A stretch of 64,000 nucleotides of DNA from a virus. The translations under genes were made by a program, and so were the position numbers. Location of the stretch: positions 32,001-96,000 of the IMG/VR virus record IMGVR_UViG_3300008261_000027. One strand, given 5' to 3'. Below the pieces are notes generated by a model, which saw nothing but the letters and a program-made list of their open reading frames with translations, made no database searches and was not told where the DNA came from. The first letter of the stretch is position 1. Each line of letters begins with the position of its first letter. Shown here piece by piece: positions 60,501-64,000 of this stretch.

Positions 60501-60503
60501 AAT

Positions 60504-60532
60504 AAAAAACCCCCGATTTCTCGAGGGTTTTT
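60504..60532. terminator. Terminator after major capsid gene (possibly bidirectional)
   Basis: AAAAAACCCCCGA-TTTC-TCGAGGGTTTTT, A- and T-tracts on either side. Confidence 0.75.
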
Positions 60533-60551
60533 ATATTAACCTAACTTAAGA

Positions 60552-62285
60552 TTATCTTAAAGTGTTAAGATCGAAAGTTTGTAAACCACTTACGTTGATG
60601 ATACCGAAGTAACGGTTGTTAACCATTTTCTTTGCATATCTTGTCATGATACCTTTGATTGGTGTCATGTTAAATGGATTGTACATTGTTGGAGTTAATT
60701 GTAAAGGTACATATGGTGCGTAGATGTAACCAGCATCCAATAATGATTTACCTTTGTGACCCACAAGGATCTTACCAGCTGGTAAGTATGGATCACGATA
60801 TACTTGATAACGTCCAGCCAAAGTACCGATCTTTTCGATACCCATGTTGTACTGATCTTGCTCTGGGCTAGCATTTGATACGTGGAAATACTCTAAATCA
60901 TCGAATACTGCAGAAACTTCTGAAGATACAACGATCCAGTTAGCACCACCTCTCAAAGTTGACTTATGGATTTGAGCAGAAACCTGATTGATCTTAGTGA
61001 TCAATGTTTGGTTCCAGTCTTTTTGAGTGTAACCTACAAATGGAGTGTTTCCAGTTGCACCGTATTTCCACTCATTGTAATCCCACTTAGCTGACCAAGC
61101 AGCACCTTTTCTAAGGTCACGTAAAATTTCACGGTCAACCTCAGCAGCAATTTGCTCAGATAATAAAGCTGTTAATTCAGCTTCAGCATCGATGTTATGG
61201 AACGCAGATACGTCCTGAGCAAGTTCTGGAGACCAGCTAGCTCTTAATTTTCTTTCAGTAACAGATACTGTAACTGAAGCAAGATCAAATGATACTTCAC
61301 CGATATTGTCTTCAAATTCCAAAGTCTCATATGTTCTGTAAGTTACTTTGAAGTTAGCCAAAGCTAAATCGTTAGAGCTGAAATCAGCTGCAGCGAAACC
61401 AGTAGTGCTGCTATAGCTTTCCAAATCTACATTCAAATAGATCTTACCTTCTTCGTCGCAGATGTCGTGGAATCTAGAAAGACCAGAACCACCTTTCACA
61501 CCATACTCAACGATACCTTTACCATATTTTTGAGTTACAACGTTGAAGTTTTTAACACCATTGTTTGCAGTTGTGTTACCAGTAACTTCAACTTGAAGAG
61601 ATGCTAAAAATTCTTCAGTATCCATAAGGTTACCATTAGCACCAACCATTTTACCTTGACCGTCTTTTGTGAAACCAGAAAGAACAATAATCAAGTTAGA
61701 TACACTAGATCCACTTTCATTAGCAGTAGTTGTGCTAGCAGTACCGTTTGAGAATGTTACGAAAGCGTGAGGATTGGCTTCAACTGTTGTGAAAGCACCC
61801 TTTGAATAATCGAACAAACCTTGATCGTTTGCGTCTGAAGACTCATAAAAACGATCGTAAAGGCTCTTCGCGTTGTCACCATAACCAGCAGTAGCTGCGT
61901 CAGAGTTACCTGGCATACCGAATGGCTGATAGTGTGCACCACTGTTTCTATCTTGAATTTTAGGTACGAAGTAGAACAATTTACCAATTGGTAAGTTCAT
62001 TGCTTGTACTGATACGATGTCGTTTGCTAACAACTTAGAGAAAACACGACGGATAATTGGGAATACCACTGTCTCGAAAGAACCAGAAGCATCAGAAACT
62101 GCTGCTTCGTTGATTAAATAAGACGCTTGGTTTTCATACAATTGCGCGATGTTATCTTTTTGGTGACCGTCTAATCCGTCAAGGAATCCTAGGTCATCCC
62201 ATTTTTTGATGGTATCTTCTTTGATAACACGAAGGTGCTTAAGACCGATGTTACCAACCATACCTGATTCTAATAATGCTCCCAT
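60552..62285 (-). CDS. Major capsid protein (T4 gp23-like)
   Basis: PIIRRVF..ANDIVSVQAM, RKLRASWSPELAQD..H.IDAEAEL..EVDREI, YAPYVPL, GIMTRY. Confidence 0.97.
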   Translation of the reverse strand: MGALLESGMVGNIGLKHLRVIKEDTIKKWDDLGFLDGLDGHQKDNIAQLYENQASYLINEAAVSDASGSFETVVFPIIRRVFSKLLANDIVSVQAMNLPIGKLFYFVPKIQDRNSGAHYQPFGMPGNSDAATAGYGDNAKSLYDRFYESSDANDQGLFDYSKGAFTTVEANPHAFVTFSNGTASTTTANESGSSVSNLIIVLSGFTKDGQGKMVGANGNLMDTEEFLASLQVEVTGNTTANNGVKNFNVVTQKYGKGIVEYGVKGGSGLSRFHDICDEEGKIYLNVDLESYSSTTGFAAADFSSNDLALANFKVTYRTYETLEFEDNIGEVSFDLASVTVSVTERKLRASWSPELAQDVSAFHNIDAEAELTALLSEQIAAEVDREILRDLRKGAAWSAKWDYNEWKYGATGNTPFVGYTQKDWNQTLITKINQVSAQIHKSTLRGGANWIVVSSEVSAVFDDLEYFHVSNASPEQDQYNMGIEKIGTLAGRYQVYRDPYLPAGKILVGHKGKSLLDAGYIYAPYVPLQLTPTMYNPFNMTPIKGIMTRYAKKMVNNRYFGIINVSGLQTFDLNTLR

Positions 62286-62316
62286 TTTTAAAATATTTGT
62301 TTTTTTTTAATTCTTA

Positions 62317-63471
62317 TTATTTTATTTTACTCATTAAATCTCTCATTCTTCTGAACTGAGGTGCTTCATAGGCTTTTGACTCAGCTAACATCTCTTGTGA
62401 AGATGATGTAGAAGGGGTTGATGTGATTTTATCAACAACAGCTTCGTTTACTGGTTTTTTAGTATCCAATTCTGCTTTGATTGAGTTAAAAAGATTTTTA
62501 GACTCACTTATAGTAGAAACGGAATCAAATCTTTTTAAAATTTCCATTTTCTCCTGTTTTGTTGTTGTATGTTCTGTAAACAATCTTGTTGCGTGAGCAA
62601 GGTTTGCATTGAATACAGCTACTTCATTCAATTTTTCTTTAAACAATACTAAAGCTTTTTTATACTCTTCGTTTTGTTTTTTAAGAGTTTGAACTTCCTC
62701 ATTGATTTTTTCTGGACGTCCAGCTGCGAAAATTTTCTTAGGTAATCCACCTTTTTGGCCAAAAGCCTTTGAGTGAGCAGCTTCACCGACTTCTTCTTCG
62801 TGAGCTTCTTCCTCAGACTCTTCTTCAGACATTTCTTCTTCAGGCATGTCATCATCGTCGCCTAATTCGATTTCATAAACAGTCTCATCTTCTTCAGCCA
62901 TTTCTTCTTCGTTCCATTCTTCATCAACTGATTCTTCTTCAGACTCATCTAACTTAATGATGTACTCATCATCACCATCTTGTAATTCGATATTTTCGCC
63001 GTCTTTTTTAACAATAATTCCGTCTTCATCTGACATTGCTTTGAAAACCTTTAATACTTCTTCATCAGAAGCTCCGGTTAAATCTAACATGTCATCAGAA
63101 TCGTCATCACTTGGCATATCGTTTACTGATGGCATATCACCCATTTCTGGAGATTCGTCATCGATACCTTTTGATGGTTCATCATTTATCGAGGGCATTT
63201 CTTCATCATCAGCTTTTTCAGCATCATCTTCCTCTTCTTCATCGGAAGCTGGCTGTTCTGACATGTCTTTTGATTCCTCTTCTTCAGGATTCATAGCTTC
63301 TTCATCAGCAGCTACTTCTTCCTCTTCTTCCACTTCCTCTGATTCTTTAAGCAATTCGTTTAGTTCTTTTTTCATTACTGAAGAAAGTATACCCTTTGCA
63401 TTTTGCTTTACTGCTTCTTCAAGTGTATTAACTTGAAGTAACGCTTGTTCTAAAATGGATTTTTCAGTCAT
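62317..63471 (-). CDS. Prohead core/scaffold protein
   Basis: Very acidic middle and C-terminal coiled coil; lies between protease and capsid genes. Confidence 0.8.
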   Translation of the reverse strand: MTEKSILEQALLQVNTLEEAVKQNAKGILSSVMKKELNELLKESEEVEEEEEVAADEEAMNPEEEESKDMSEQPASDEEEEDDAEKADDEEMPSINDEPSKGIDDESPEMGDMPSVNDMPSDDDSDDMLDLTGASDEEVLKVFKAMSDEDGIIVKKDGENIELQDGDDEYIIKLDESEEESVDEEWNEEEMAEEDETVYEIELGDDDDMPEEEMSEEESEEEAHEEEVGEAAHSKAFGQKGGLPKKIFAAGRPEKINEEVQTLKKQNEEYKKALVLFKEKLNEVAVFNANLAHATRLFTEHTTTKQEKMEILKRFDSVSTISESKNLFNSIKAELDTKKPVNEAVVDKITSTPSTSSSQEMLAESKAYEAPQFRRMRDLMSKIK

Positions 63472-63511
63472 TTTTTTTTATTTAATTTCTTATATAAATA
63501 TGTGTATTATT

Positions 63512-63545
63512 AAAAAAATCTCATCTCCACATATAGAAATGAGAC
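63512..63545 (-). terminator. Intrinsic terminator after prohead protease
   Basis: Minus strand GTCTCATTTCTA-TATG-TGGAGATGAGAT followed by a T-tract. Confidence 0.65.
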
Positions 63546-63564
63546 ATTTTTTTGTTTTTTTATT

Positions 63565-64000
63565 TTATTTTGTTAAAAAACTATCCAGTTTACCCATTAA
63601 TTTTTTCATTCTATCGTCCACAATCGGCTTCTGTTCTACTGTTTCATTGAATTTATCCTTATCAGCAACATCCTGGAAAACATACGCACCGGGTGTAGAT
63701 GGTGACGATACTAAATCAAAACAAACTAACTCAAAATCATCTTGAACAATATTTTGACCTTTAACCTCTTTCAACGACCCAACACCCCTTGAAGAAATTC
63801 CTAATGTGACACCATTTATAAGTAACATAGCAGCTTGGTCACCCTTACAGCTAACAATACCCATTTTTTTAAATCCTGGAGATAACAATAGTTTTATTTT
63901 ACCCATGAGTGTTTTACCATCCCACCACGTTTCTAAAATTGTGTGAGAAACTCTATCTAAATCGATAAGAGATGATGAAGGGTGATTTAATTCATTTAGA
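63565..64000 (-). CDS. Prohead protease (T4 gp21-like), 5' part outside the window
   Basis: Frame stays open to the edge: LNELNHPSSSLIDLDRVSH...GISSRGVGS...FDLVSSPSTPGA. Confidence 0.93.
   Translation of the reverse strand, partial: LNELNHPSSSLIDLDRVSHTILETWWDGKTLMGKIKLLLSPGFKKMGIVSCKGDQAAMLLINGVTLGISSRGVGSLKEVKGQNIVQDDFELVCFDLVSSPSTPGAYVFQDVADKDKFNETVEQKPIVDDRMKKLMGKLDSFLTK

Noticed and set aside
617-63745. Many short ORFs overlapping long genes (e.g. 2140-2388, 4071-4391, 24935-25306, 58360-58746, 62957-63436)
   Set aside because: Antisense or alternate-frame shadows of well-supported genes, with no recognisable motifs
1-64000. Stop-codon reassignment as in some large phages
   Set aside because: Long conserved genes are intact under the standard code, and TAA, TAG and TGA all occur as stops
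1-64000. tRNA, rRNA, integrase or transposase
   Set aside because: Intergenic gaps are short, and no cloverleaf or recombinase/transposase motifs were found by eye

Overview
AT-rich fragment of a large tailed dsDNA bacteriophage (T4-related jumbo myovirus), standard genetic code. A Bacteroidota host is inferred, not shown: few Shine-Dalgarno sites, one TTTG-N20-TAnnTTTG promoter, a DUF4494-like gene. Left to right: baseplate wedge genes (gp6/gp25-like); replication block (nrdA, nrdB, DnaB/gp41-like helicase, RNase H/5'-3' exonuclease, UvsX/RecA, gp32-like SSB); Dps-like protein; baseplate hub, LysM and tube-initiator proteins; tape measure, chaperone, tail tube and sheath; neck/tail-completion genes (gp15/14/13-like); SNF2 helicase; family B DNA polymerase; putative head-internal proteins; a glycosyltransferase/dUTPase/PhoH/gp55-like sigma cluster; central spike; major capsid protein, scaffold and prohead protease. 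No tRNA, rRNA, CRISPR array or transposase seen. Most notable: an 11x 8-nt NNNNCTAA array and a parS-like palindrome flanking the tail tube gene; a kissing-loop three-way-junction RNA candidate after nrdA; a TATTTAT(A/T) motif (reverse complement of the T4 late promoter) just before about 19 starts; a candidate +1/-2 frameshift in the tail chaperone; a frame break in the gp15-like gene; a shared putative capsid-targeting/cleavage signal on many cargo proteins; degenerate HD and HAD enzymes beside three glycosyltransferases. All product calls are from motif recognition by eye; no searches were run.
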